NCBI GenBank assembly: GCA_965113315.1
Contig: OZ220364.1
DNA length: 64,000 nt
Direction: 5' to 3' (one strand)
Origin: Podarcis vaucheri
Taxonomy: Eukaryota
Of the stretch, positions 13,621 to 25,420 are shown one piece after another. The notes beneath the pieces are model-generated. The model made no database searches. It had not been told where the DNA came from and was given only the letters and a program-made list of their open reading frames with translations. How positions within the stretch are numbered: position 1 is the stretch's first letter; each line of letters starts with the position of its first letter. The translations under genes and the position numbers were made by a program.

Positions 13621-14094
13621 ATAGGATAATGATAAGAAAATAAGTTTATGGCACTGGTTGACAGTTGTGCTGTAGCGCAGCCAACAGATGTCGCTGGTGC
13701 TACAGCACCAGCCTTGCACAGTCTTCAGCAGACTGGACATACTATTTTTGTAGAAAGGACTCTTATTCAAATTAGCTGTGGCCTTATGCCCAGGCAGTTG
13801 CTAGTAATTGACCTAATTTGCACATTGGTTTCATGAGCATGGTGAAGGTTCAGGCCACAGCTGAGACATAAATTGCACTGATTTTGTATTAACAAAACAA
13901 AAGATGGGATACTTTTCAGTAAAGTTCTTCAGAAAATGAGTAAGTTTGGGCTTCATATTACTTGCCTCCTTTCATCTTTACTTATCTTGAGCAACTACTG
14001 TTTTCAAATATCTCTTCCAACTATATTATTATTTATTAGGCTTATATCTTCACCTCCCTCCCAAAGGAACCCAGGGTGGCAAATGTGTCGGTAG

Positions 14095-14340
14095 TGGTGG
14101 TGTGGTGTAGTGGTTAAGAGCAATAGACTCGTAATCTGGTGAACTGGGTTCGGGTCTTCGCTCCTCCACATGCAGCTGCTGGGTGACCTTGGGCTAGTCA
14201 CAATTCTTTGAAGTCTCTCAGCCTCACTCACCTCACAGAGTGTTTGTTGTGGGGGAGGAAGGGAAAGGAGATTGTTAGCCACTTTGAGACTCCTTCGGGT
14301 AGTGATAAAGCGGGATGTCAAATCCAAACTCCAAACTCTT
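14095..14340 (+). mobile_element. tRNA-derived SINE with MIR/L2-type body (Squam3-like)
   Basis: GTGGTGTAGTGGTTAAGAGC A-box, GGTTCG B-box, GGGTGACCTTGGGCTAGTCAC core, short repeated CCAAACT tail. Confidence 0.75.
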
Positions 14341-14779
14341 AAACAATACAGTTAAGAGTTTCTAAAAAATAGTTTAAAACAATCACCTACTCTCGCAGCT
14401 CATAATTTCAGAGTTGACACTTTTAGTCATAAAATGCCTGCGTAAAAAGGAACGTTTCTAAAATTCCTCCTGAAAGTTAATAATGAAGGAAGCAGATGCA
14501 CCTTCCTAGGGAGGGCATTCCACAAATGAGGAACCACCACTGAGAAGGCCCCATTACGAGTCTCTGCCAATCCCCACTGGTGACACTGTCGATTGTAGTC
14601 TCAATATAGTTGGTAATTGAGAGTGCTTTTTTAAAGGTACTTGGGTCCCAAGCAGTTTAGGGCTTTGAATGCTAGTATGTTAGACCTGGTAGTTCACACA
14701 CAGCCCCATGGTCCCATCAGGCTACCACACTTACCAACCCAAGAGCCACGTTATACATGAGCTGCAGCCTCCAGATCAT

Positions 14780-16164
14780 CTTCAGGGGCTGCCCCACATA
14801 GAGTCAAGCAGTTGGTCACCAGAGCATAGCAGCTTCCTAATAATGGATAGCTGCAGTTTTCTAACAAGCTTGCACAAATGTGGCACAGGAGCTTTGTTAA
14901 GCACCTGCACCATATAATTTACATTGTGGTTGACGGAGTTTTCACATGTGCAGTTCTGGGATTTGGAATGTGCTGGCAAAACCTGGATATACATTTACTT
15001 TAAAATCTCTCACATGCATTAACAAAATATATACTGCACACAAGTAACTTCGCTATTGGGAGAAAATCCTCGTTTGAAATTGTGGTCCTGCAGTCTTCTC
15101 TCGCCAGCAGAGGTCAGGGTGACACCAGCCAAATCTCTGCTGGGTGGAAGAAACTCTTTTTACACATCCTCTTCCTAGGCAAGCAGAGAGGGTGGCCCTT
15201 GCCATTTAGTAAGGTGGAATAGCTAGCTTTGGGAGAGCAGAACTGGTATCTGAATGGAGCAGCAATTTTTCTCAGTGTTGGCTCAAGTGAGCGCAGAGTG
15301 GGGTGGGTTTCCCTTCTCTATCCAGAAGCCTTGCTAGGTCTCTAAGAGGAGGGATCCTGCACTTAGTCAGTATAAGATGGGAAGGTTATCCATGATGGGG
15401 TGGGAGAAGCAGGGTAGTCATAAGTGACCCAGAGGAGAACTGAGGAAGTGAGAGGTATGTGGAACAAAACTTGGGGCTGGACTTCCCTGACCCTTGAGAG
15501 AAGATGGGCAGGAAGCTCCATGTTGAATACACAAAGCTCAGTTTTTCATTTTATCTCCTGCATGGCAAAGACTCCTGCTCTTAACAACTGTGTTCTGGGT
15601 AGGATCCAGCTCCCTTTTGGTCAGAGCCTTGTGCTGTCATTATATTCCTCTGTGGCTTGTGCATTAGGCTGGTTGCCATACAGGATGTCTTTGAATCCTG
15701 GTACTAAGTAACCTCCCTGCGCCTGTAGTGTTCTACTTAGCAAAGAGAGCCTAAGATCACATTGCTGGGTAATAACCGCACCTTGGAGTTCTGTGTCTGC
15801 GGTGCATCCGCTATGCTTAATGCTTCTTCGTGTTACCCAGAATAAGTCACGAGCAGTTCCAGTTTCTAAATGCATTGCAACCCCTGCTGTGTTTGCAGCA
15901 CAGCTTATCCATCATTTCAGTCTGCCTCTGCCACTGCAAGTTTCTTCCTCCTTGAGTGACTCACCAGACAGTTCTGGGAAGGATGATTTTCCACTTTCCA
16001 AGTTATTCTTTCTTTGGCTGTGGCTGTTGTGTGTGTGTGTTTGTTCTTCACTTTCATCTCCTCTGCTGGATTAATATTTGTTAGTGCTTCAGGAATGGTC
16101 GCACTGATTCCCTCGTCCCCATCATGCAACACTTGGATGTGAATGATGTTCTTTGCTAAGCTGG
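14780..16164 (-). pseudogene. Decayed vertnin-like unit U3 with a surviving 3' splice acceptor
   Basis: Minus-strand polypyrimidine tract (16200-16168) and CAG (16167-16165), then SLAKNIIHIQVLHDGDEGIS; TELQGAVI; IAKLLVCSIY ~ LASVLQRNIY; VQVLNKAPVPHLCK ~ LELLNREPGLSYSHLCE. Confidence 0.55.
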
Positions 16165-17199
16165 CTGGTGAGGAGAAGAAACACAGAGAAAGAGAGAAAC
16201 AGAATTAGCACTTTTCCAGGAGAACAATTTTTCCTGTTAATTTTTGGAACCACCAAGTCATCCCAAAATGGGGATCCATTTATTGCCTAGACACTGGATC
16301 ATTTTGCAAGCAACCAATGTTGCTTTTTAACCTGCACAGGTATTTCACAGGTTAGGAGAGCTGAGCTGTGGAATGATTCATTGGTTCCAGAAACAGGGCT
16401 TTTGCTTTTGGGATTTGCCAGTGAGACAGCAACTTGGTTCCAACAACTTGGAACCATAGCGAACAAACCAGTTCTTCCCAGTAAGTCTTGGTGCAAGCCG
16501 ATACTTGCATAGTCCCTAAAAGAGCTTCATTTGAATGTCTGTTAGCCCCTCGTCTCAGTCTGCCTTAGGACAGGGACATTTTATTTTCCTCTTCTTTCTT
16601 GCTTTGTTGACCGTTTAGATGAAGAGTTTATGGAGAACTAGAAAATTTGACTGCTATCTTGTGATACTTTGCTTGGCCTAATAAAGGTATTGCCTTAATA
16701 AGGATTTTGGAATTTTTCTTCAGTACAGCATTGCTACCTATACTTCTTCGGAGAGAGATATCAGTTACCATTTGAACTCATTTTGTTGGCTGCCTTCACA
16801 TAACTGTATGAGTTAGGGCATAAACTCTTTGACAACCAGCCACATGTCCGGAAAATATATATTTTACAATAATAACACCAAAGTATTTTTGCTGCAGATA
16901 ATAAATCGGCAGCAAAGTTACTGTCAAGATGGCCTAATAGTATGAATAAGCTCCAGCAAAATTTCATATCCTGACATCTTTATAACTTTCCCCCTAATAC
17001 TTCTGGGATCTACTTGTTTTGAATTTAATGTTGTAAGAGAAATAAACAGGCCACTGACTAGCATTTTGATGTAAAAATAAAATGGCCATTAAAAAAATTA
17101 TCCAGGTGCCAATTCTTGATGCAGTCGAATGTGTTAACTGGACCCTTGGTTATGGCTTGGTCTGCATTGTGGAATTTTTCATTTCTTTACCAATATGTG

Positions 17200-20100
17200 G
17201 GACTATACGGTCCTCATGGGCCCACCCTGAAGCAGAGGTCTCTTTCCCAGAAATCCACAAGTGTTCTTTCCACTCATGCCGTAAACCGATTTGAGCTATT
17301 GCCTGCTAACTGCCAGGTTCCATCCTTGAACACTTTCATCAATCTCACATCACATATTTGTTTAGACATTGACCCTTTATGTTGGAGCAATGAAAGAATC
17401 TCCTGGAGCAGCACTTCCCTTGCTCTTTATCTTTCTAGTTGGTCTTTTTGGTAAAGGCCAATGACTGCAGTCCTCCTGCTATAACAGAGATATGATGGAG
17501 GGGGCACTGCTAGAATTGTCCCCAGGCGAATAAAATTGGGGTTCAGGGTGAACAGCCTTAGTCTTGGAAAATCAATACTTTCTCTCCATGCCCTCTTTCT
17601 GTGTGTGCACTTTGGTCCTACTGCTTTTCTGTTCCTTTTCATTGGTATTTTAGCTGGCTGGTTAATGCACAGTCTACATTGATGGGCTCCTCTGAATTGC
17701 TGTGTGTATGTCCCCACCCCACCCCTTTCAGATTAGCTATTTCACTGGCTCTCCTTGCTCTTCAGAATGAAGGTGATGAAAAAGTTGTTGACGTCTGGAC
17801 ACCTAGCCAAGTCTAAAGGCAGGGGCCAGCCAAGAATACTATGAGGCTTTGTCGCCCAGTTAGGGTTGTATCATTCCTTGGAATGTCCCCACAATGGAGC
17901 TGAAAGGGCAGAGGCAGGAAACCTACAAAGAACAGGGCCAGGAACATCTGGGGATAGTACCCAGCTTCTGGCCAAACACATGTCCCTGCCAGACCAGATA
18001 GAACAACCGAGCATTTTATGTGTACTGCTTCTGTCTATGCATTCCCAGCTCCGCCGTAGGGAGCTGTAAGCAGACTCTCAGCAGTTGAGGAGGCCCATGT
18101 AGGGTCTGTGTATAACCTCATGCTGGCTGCATGAAGCAGTGGAATTGGACCTGAGTGAATGTTGTTTTTCCCTATTTTGTGTGTGTATGTGTTAGAAACT
18201 GTTGCTTGTAAATTATGGATAGGAGAGCAGTCTGTGTAAATCCTTTGCCCTTTGCTTCTTAACTGAGAGCACCTCTTCTCTGCGGCCAAGTGTACTCCTC
18301 AGGAAGGGAATGCAAAGCAAGAGCTGCTGCAGCAGAGAAAAACTCATTCTCATGTCTGTCCCCATGTGAAAGCCAGTGGGGCAGTTTGGAGACCACAGCT
18401 CCTGTGCAAGTCCGCCCTAGCATCATAAAACGCAGGGAGGCAGGATATAGAGAGGTCCCATTGGTAGGTCTGCATCCTGGTCTTTCCTACAGGCAGCATG
18501 TCGGTTCTCAAAGTTGGTGTTCAAGGTTAGCCTTGCCAGCTATTGTCTGTCGCGTGGCTCTTTAATTGTGCCATATGTTCGAGCTCAGCCCAATGTCTAA
18601 GGGCAGTCTGCCGCCAAGATTACAGCCTTTTCTGATCTTAAACCTGGCACAGCCGCAACCCATAATGTGCTAATTTGCACTTGGAGGATAGTGGAATGCT
18701 GGAGGGATCTGAGGGTGGGTGTGCTGGAGGCTTGGAGGAGCCAGGCAGCTGCTGCTGGGGATGGTGCCAGGATGTCGTGAGCAGGCAGTTGTTTTTCTCT
18801 GGATTACTGAACTCTGCAAACCCCAGCTTGCTGGACATGGGGCTCCTCTGTCCTTGTTAACTAGAGAGTGGTTGCCTAGATTGTACAATTTGTACCATGC
18901 CTCCTTGCAGCTCTGACATTGGGATTATGTGATAAGGCATAGGAGAAGGCTGACTTCACTGATGGCAGGGGCAGAGTATTGGGTTCCTCTTCTTGCAGTT
19001 TGCCAATTGATCTGTAGAGCCTATTCCCAGTGAACATGTCTGTCAATACAATCAAGAAGTGTAGTTTCAGAAAAGCACTGTTAATCTGTCTTGCCAGTGC
19101 TGTCGCCACCTTAGGGTGGCCATGAGGAGCCAAGGCCGCTGGAGATGAGGCACCTCAGGAAAATACGTATCAGCCATCTGGCGTTACATGTCTTTAACTG
19201 CCCCTGGAGAAAACTCTGGTTATAATTACAGACAACACCACAACTGTGTGCACATAAACAAGGAAGGAGCACATGTGTGTGTTGTGGAACAACCTGGCAG
19301 GTCCTTGGGAGCAGTGTATTGAAGCACCGGATGAATCACGTCAGTGTGACACGAGCACGAAGCGTGCTGATGTATGTGGCAAAAAGGGAGGAGTTACTTT
19401 CTTGAAGAGAAGAATACTGGCCTGCGCAATCTTCCTCTAGTTTTAGAGAAGGATCTCAGTTTGGTGGTAGACCACAAGATTTGCATGCTTGGGCATCTCC
19501 AATGAGGGCTGGGAAGGACCCTTGTTTGCAGCCTTGGAGAACCTCCTCTCAGTCAGCCTAGATCATGGTGAAGAACCAGCAGCCTGCAATGCAGATGTTT
19601 CCAGCAAAGTCTTTGTGACCACATAGGGGGGTGTGATATTTGAGGAGTTGGTAAGAATGGCTCATTCTGCCTTGCCCATTTATGGCATTTGCCCCCTTGT
19701 GTGGCCATTAGGAAGAAAAAGTCCCATGAACACAAATTGGATCTTTTTATCTATACAAGGGAAGAGAGAGAAGCATGGAGTGGAGATGGCTCAGGAGGGA
19801 GATCTACATGACTGAGTATGACTGATCAAAAGTAGGTTTGGCTTTGGCTCTGCCAACACTTGGCTTTGGAATGCAGCCCCACAAGATCACCCAAAGGCTG
19901 GCTATACAGCCTTTGACCTTAAAAAGGCTCCTTGCTCATGGTGTGGAAACGTCTGAGCTAGATGGACCAACCTGCTGCCATCTGTATGTTTTGAGCTGCA
20001 GCTCCCATGGCATGAGCCCTGGCCAGTGGTCAGGGATTATGGGAATTGTAGTCCAAAACATGGAGAGCACCTGTTTAGGGAAGGCTGCCATAGAATGCTG

Positions 20101-20800
20101 GCCTGGCCTCTCATCCAAATCAGGAATTCCTCTACCTGTCTGGCTGATAGAAGAATGACTGCACAATCTCTCATTATGAATGCAGGCAATTATAGTGAAC
20201 TATTGAAAACCTAAGTTGTTCCTTTATAAATGAAGAGCTAGGAGCATGTAGAAGAGGTGCTAAGCTATTGCTCCAGAGCTGCCTCTCACTGCCTCTTTTG
20301 GAATCTCTGTTTCTTACCTGTTAAGTGTCTGAGTTACTGCATTGAAAGTATATGTTGCAGTGGCTTCTCACGTCAATAACAAAAGCATTTCTTTCTCCTC
20401 TGGCAATTAACTAAAGTTTTCTATAGAAGTGACTGTTGAAGCCTGTCCCCCAGTTGGAAAGACCCGCTCTAGCCTGGAACATGAATGTAGTCCTCATTAA
20501 ATTAATGGGAGACACTCACACCCTGCTGCCCAAAGCTTGGCCATTTCTTCTTGATTATGCTTATGCAGAAGCACGTGACCACTCTCGTGCGCGCATCTGC
20601 CTTATAAGCTGGCAGACTAATCGTCATGACAAAGGAAGCCAATGCCTCATCCCAGCGACATTCCTAGAATATTGTGTTCTTCCATTCCCAGCCAGGGCTT
20701 TAACCTGCCAGTTACTTTTCCAGGACCACACACTGGACTGGAGGCTGCCTCCCACCAATTAGTTGTGTTGGGCATCTGACTTCAGAGAACAAAGCAAATT
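17200..20800 (-). pseudogene. Decayed vertnin-like unit U4
   Basis: ARTRV/HVLLHKH (about 20595-20556, one frameshift) ~ ARTVVEMLLHRH; ADTYFP ~ ASCFP; KVATALARQINSAF (about 19113-19071) ~ ALASVLQRNIYSIY; DFPRLRL (about 17580-17555) ~ PFCRFRL. Confidence 0.65.
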
Positions 20801-21578
20801 TGAAAGCCTCAGCACTTGTTTTAATTCCTTTCTCAAAGCTGCCCCCGTGTCATTGCACACTTCTGTTATGACAGAGATTTTAAGCAACGATTTGAACTAA
20901 TATGAAGTGATTTTTAGTTCCTTTGGGCAGGAAATCTGCGTGGACTTTTGAGCTGATTCAACTAGGCCAGTGTATACCCCAGAATATACAGGGGGGAAAT
21001 AGCTTGGCAGAAGTTTTCCATTTCTAAGCACTACATTCCTGCTGATAGACTCAGATCATATGCTGGGTTTGGGAGGGTATCGCTGCGGTTCTGTATTCTT
21101 TTGCACCATTCATCGCCCTTCCATTAATTGGTTGTGAAAAAGAGTGGTACTTCCATTTCATGAAAGCCTTCCCCAATCTAGTGCCCTCCAGATGTCTTGG
21201 ACAAAATTCCCTATTTTCCCCAGCCAGTTTAGTTGGCTAATCCTATTAAGTGCTCCATTAAAGAACCAATACTTTCCATGTCCCTCCATAAAGTGCCCTG
21301 TGTTAATGTCATCAGATTAACACATCTGCCATAGATCCTCTGTTCATGTAGTTCAACACAATGTTCTGTAGGCAAAAATGCAAAGTGTCTGAGATAAAAT
21401 ATTATCTTATGCATTTCTACTGTAAACTATACAGAAAGGGCCTGCTATATGCAGTGGCCTTCCTGTTACTGCTTGTAAGTGGCGAGAGTGCTTTGGATAA
21501 TGTTGCTGATTTAAGGAAAAGGCTCCTACGGCTACAGTCTGCTTGGAGGTTAGAGAATAAGTTTACAAGCGGTATGAA

Positions 21579-21620
21579 GGAAGAAAGCATCCAGATCAGG
21601 GAAGAAAGCATCCAGATCAG
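21579..21620. repeat. Exact 21-bp tandem duplication GGAAGAAAGCATCCAGATCAG
   Basis: Copies at 21579-21599 and 21600-21620. Confidence 0.95.
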
Positions 21621-22637
21621 CAACAGGCCAGATAGTTGCAGCTGTGTAAAGAACTGCTCAGTCAGCCAAACCTTATCAGGTACTCGATGAACCACCACAA
21701 ACCAGTGATGGCAACAGGGGCCCAAAGCAATTGCAGAAGTCGGGAAACGGCAAGGAGATTAGGACATTGTGGCTGATGGTTTCACCACCCTCATGCACTG
21801 TTCAGAGGAAGTGAGCAAAGACTGCTTTCTCAAGCTTGTAGAATTTGTACAAAACCTTGGCAGAGGTAAAATACTGGCGGGGAAAGAAATGCCCATCCTG
21901 TTTGTACTGCGGTTGGATGCACAGGGTGGGAGCCACCTAGCAGGTCCCATCAGCAGAAGCCCTGTGCTAGGACTTCGGCTTGCGCAGAGGGGCTTTCCCC
22001 TCTCTTCTCCTTGCATAGCCTCTTCAGTTGGCTTGAGAAGGAGGTCAGGAGAACCCCCCAGAACTGTCTGTAGGGGGAGGAGAGGAGGGACTCATTCCAC
22101 TTGCCAGCTGTGATGTTTGTGCCAATGGAATGATCAGTTCAGGCAGTGCTGAATTCTTCCACAGTGCCCACTGCAGGCTGCTGAGGGACTGGAGCTGAGG
22201 GTGTGTGAGAGAAAGACAGGTGACCGCCTTGCGGTTTTCCTTTCCATGTTTCCAGGTATAATGTGAAGAGTATAGTCTGTATTTTGGATTAGGAGCTCAC
22301 AGATCTCCTCGTAGGAACTTGTAGAATTTATGCCCCTCTGCCTGCTGCTGCCCTGCAATCCCCATCAGCCATGGCCAGTGTGAGCAGTGGTCAGGGATAG
22401 GGATCGGTGAGAGTTGTAATCCATCAACCTCTGGAAAGCTATAGGTCCCCTGCCCCTGCCATAGGCAGTATGTTCAACAATAACCTGAAAGCGTGGAAAG
22501 GTCCACTTGACACACTGGTACAAACCCTGAATTAACTGCTCTTCTGTTACATGTGAAATGGCCCTCTGCATCTCCTCTGCCCAACATAGCTCTGTTATCA
22601 CTATCTTGTTTTTGATTATGCTTACCTTGTTGGGGTA

Positions 22638-23000
22638 GGGACACGGGTGGCGCTGTGGGCTAAAGCCTCAGCGCCTAGGGCTTGCCGATCGAAAGGTCGG
22701 CGGTTCGAATCCCCGCGGCGGGGTGTGCTCCCGCTGCTCGGTCCCAGCGCCTGCCAACCTAGCAGTTCGAAAGCACCCCCGGGGGCAAGTAGATAAATAG
22801 GTACCGCTTACCAGCGGGAAGGTAAACGGCGTTCCGTGTGCGGCTCTGGCTCGCCAGAGCAGCGTTGTCACGCTGGCCACGTGACCCGGAAGTGTCTCCG
22901 GACAGCGCTGGCCCCCGGCCAATAGATGTGAGATGGGCGCACAAACCCCAGAGTCTGTCAAGACTGGCCCGTTCGGGCAGGGGTACCTTTACCTTTACCT
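22638..23000 (+). mobile_element. Full-length Sauria SINE with 16-bp TSD
   Basis: Head GGGACACGGGTGGCGCTGTGGG, B-box GGTTCGAATCC, (ACCTTT)n tail. TSD TTACCTTGTTGGGGTA at 22622-22637 and 23001-23016. CpG-rich, so probably young. Confidence 0.93.
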
Positions 23001-24244
23001 TTACCTTGTTGGGGTAGAGTTCTTGTAAGTTTGCTCCCCCTGCTCCTGTTCTTGCCCCGCATCTCCCCCTTGGTGTTGACACAGCTGGCTTCTTCCAACA
23101 TCACTCTTTCTATTCTTGCCTTTAGAAAGAATGTCTAATTCAGACTGTCCTGCAGTGCTAGACTTTACCCCCCTCCACTTCCGCTTTCCCCTTTCCTCTA
23201 TCTGGGAACTCGGTGCTGCAGAGGCGTTGACCTCTTGGCAAGCCATGGATCTAACAGGACTAATTCCCTCTCCCTAGGGGCTTTAATTGATTCTTCGGCG
23301 AACTTAACAGTGCCTTGAGAGGCACGTAGACTCAGAAGGTGCAGTTCTGGCAAGGGCTATGGAAATATGACATCTGCAGGCATGGGAGCTGCTGCTGAGA
23401 AGATGTCTTTTTTGTTTTATTTGAGCATTGGGATGTGAGAAGGAAATGGGCCTGATGTGTTTTGGGGGGGGATATATATATATATATATAGTCTACGAAA
23501 GCATATATATATATATATATAGTCTTCAGCTACGTAGAATGGCATTTCCTAAGCTTGTTTCACAGTGGTCTGCTTACCATCACTCCCATGTTAGCTTCCA
23601 CTGTGGAAAGATTGTCCTCACCATTGCTCTTGCCTACACCATTTCTTGAATGTCTCTCTCAATCTCTGCCCTTTCTTTCTCAATCTCTGCCCCACACATC
23701 ATATCCTCCCCAGTTCCACTGACATCCCGCTTATCTCTCTGTGCACTTGGCATACTAAAATGTGTTTCTTCCTAGAGTTCTCCTTTTGAATTATTGCCCT
23801 CACCCAACTATTGCTTTTTAAAGTTGTATCATTCTTGTACTTTGACAAACAGTCACTGATACTGGCTGGGTGTCACTTGCTTGGAATTGGACTTGAGCGA
23901 AATGATCTTCTCTAGATATGCCGACGGCTTCATGACCGCTTCACAGTGTGTGGTAGTCGTGGAAAATATTTTTGCCTTTTGACTTTGAGCTTGAAGCACT
24001 TCTCTGTGAACTTCCCGTACATGCATGGACCTTCACCTCTGTGCTTTTGGCATGTGACTGCAAACCGCCTTAAAATGTGGGTCAGTAGTAACATGCTGAA
24101 AACTGTGTGTTTCTTTTTCATGCTTCTTTTTCATGCAGTCACTGTGTGTGGAAAACATTCTGTTGGGATTGTTTCTAAGCTGGGACCACCAGTGTGCAGA
24201 CTCTGCAAAAAAGCTCACCAGGCTTTTTTCTTGCTCTGTTCCAG

Positions 24245-24357
24245 ATATGATCAGTCAGCGGTCTGCAGGAGGCAAACACAGCGGGAGCGCTCAGCTTGGC
24301 ACAGGAAGGGGCACCCTGCGGCTTCGGGCCAAAGGACCAGCCACTGTGGAGGAACAG
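24245..24357 (+). CDS. GIPC1: GIPC1 coding exon 4
   Basis: ccag|AT; (D)MISQRSAGGKHSGSAQLGTGRGTLRLRAKGPATVEEQ; CAG|gtgtgt; 113 nt, phase 1/0. Confidence 0.96.
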
Positions 24358-24941
24358 GTGTGTGTTCAGCAAGCCCAGAAATGTAGAGCAGAAGGATGGG
24401 CAGCTCTGCTCTACTTTTTTCCAAGACTGGTTTAGAGCAGGTGTCCACAAATTCACCCCCCTCTGGATGCCCAGCAGCATATTTTCCCCTGCCCCATAGC
24501 TCTTCCTTGTGGCATGGTTTTAGAGGACGGGGGAGAAGGAGCAGCCATCTCTCCTGTTTCTCTCATCTCCTTCTTCCTGCTTCTCCTTCAAGTTATTGTG
24601 CAGACCAGAGAAGTAAAGGGATGTTATGATGGTATTGGTGGCAAGAGGGATAGTCCAGCTGATACACGCAGCCCTCGGTTGGTACTCTTCCTCACAGCCT
24701 TCATGTGTCTTCTGAAGACATGGAGCCACACGTGGTCCCCGGATAACCAGCGCTAGAGTCTCCCACTCTCCAATCTCTACCAAAATTCTTCAGCCACATT
24801 GCAGCCATTTTCTTCTGCATTAGACCCATTGGCCCTGTCAGCTAGTAGCTGTAGCCAAGCCGCAGCTGCCACCCCTCAAGTTAATAGAGAGGAAAACAGA
24901 CATTGTCGCTGCTTCAGTCGTTGTGTTCTTCCTCTTCACAG

Positions 24942-25023
24942 CCATCTGCATTTGAGGAAAAGGCCATTGAGAAGGTTGATGATCTTTTGGAGAGTTACAT
25001 GGGCATCCGTGACACAGAGCTAG
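24942..25023 (+). CDS. GIPC1: GIPC1 coding exon 5 (GH2)
   Basis: acag|CCA; [27 protein letters not shown]; G|gtgagt; 82 nt, phase 0/1. Confidence 0.97.
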
Positions 25024-25268
25024 GTGAGTTGCTGCTACTTTCCTCTTTTAATCTGGAAATAAACCACCCAAAGCAAACTAGTTAAGAGACTGGAGCCTCC
25101 CTGTAGATGCTGGCATCTCCCCTTGATTGGCACACCTTTCCAATGCCGGAATGGGAGCCAATGTAAAGCTCTCCCCGTGCCTCTGTCTCAGTTGTTGTGT
25201 TGGCTTGTGAGCTGTTTGGGGTGTGGAGGAGATGCTCACCTCTGGCTTTCTTTCCTTCCCCCGCATAG

Positions 25269-25420
25269 CTGCTACCATGGTGGAGCTGGGAAAGGACAAA
25301 CGGAATCCTGACGAATTTGCTGAGTCCCTGGACGAGCAGCTGGGGGACTTTGCCTTCCCTGACGAGTTTGTCTTCGACGTCTGGGGAGCGATTGGCGACG
25401 CCAAGGTTGGGCGCTACTAG
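25269..25420 (+). CDS. GIPC1: GIPC1 last coding exon to stop (GH2, myosin VI-binding region)
   Basis: atag|CT; (A)ATMVELGKDKRNPDEFAESLDEQLGDFAFPDEFVFDVWGAIGDAKVGRY-TAG. The six exons sum to 999 nt (332 aa plus stop). Confidence 0.97.

Larger units (their letters stand above)
21420..24202 (-). pseudogene. Decayed vertnin-like C-terminal repeat region U5a
   Basis: YLEKIISL (23918-23895)...YNFKK ~ YLEHCISL...YNWRR; YQCVKWTFP ~ YRCFKRRFP; HYTWKH ~ YYAWKH; HFL*TVHEGG ~ HFLQDSFHRGG; LPFPDFCNCF/..GLWWF ~ LPFCRFRLRY..AFWVW; ALSPLT (about 21491-21474) ~ ALFPLT. Many stops are TGA. The frame rejoins across the Sauria SINE. Confidence 0.7.

Noticed and set aside
21560-21820. Endogenous hepadnavirus look-alike (GLLLIWMLSS resembling the S protein, LPLNSA resembling pol)
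   Set aside because: There is no YMDD (it reads DLDA), no other RT motifs, and the spacing is wrong. The vertnin interpretation explains more motifs collinearly.
21830-22600. Ig-domain look-alike (GLYQC, APTLCIQPQ, YKFYK)
   Set aside because: The paired Cys/Trp spacing of an Ig fold is missing and the motif order is wrong.
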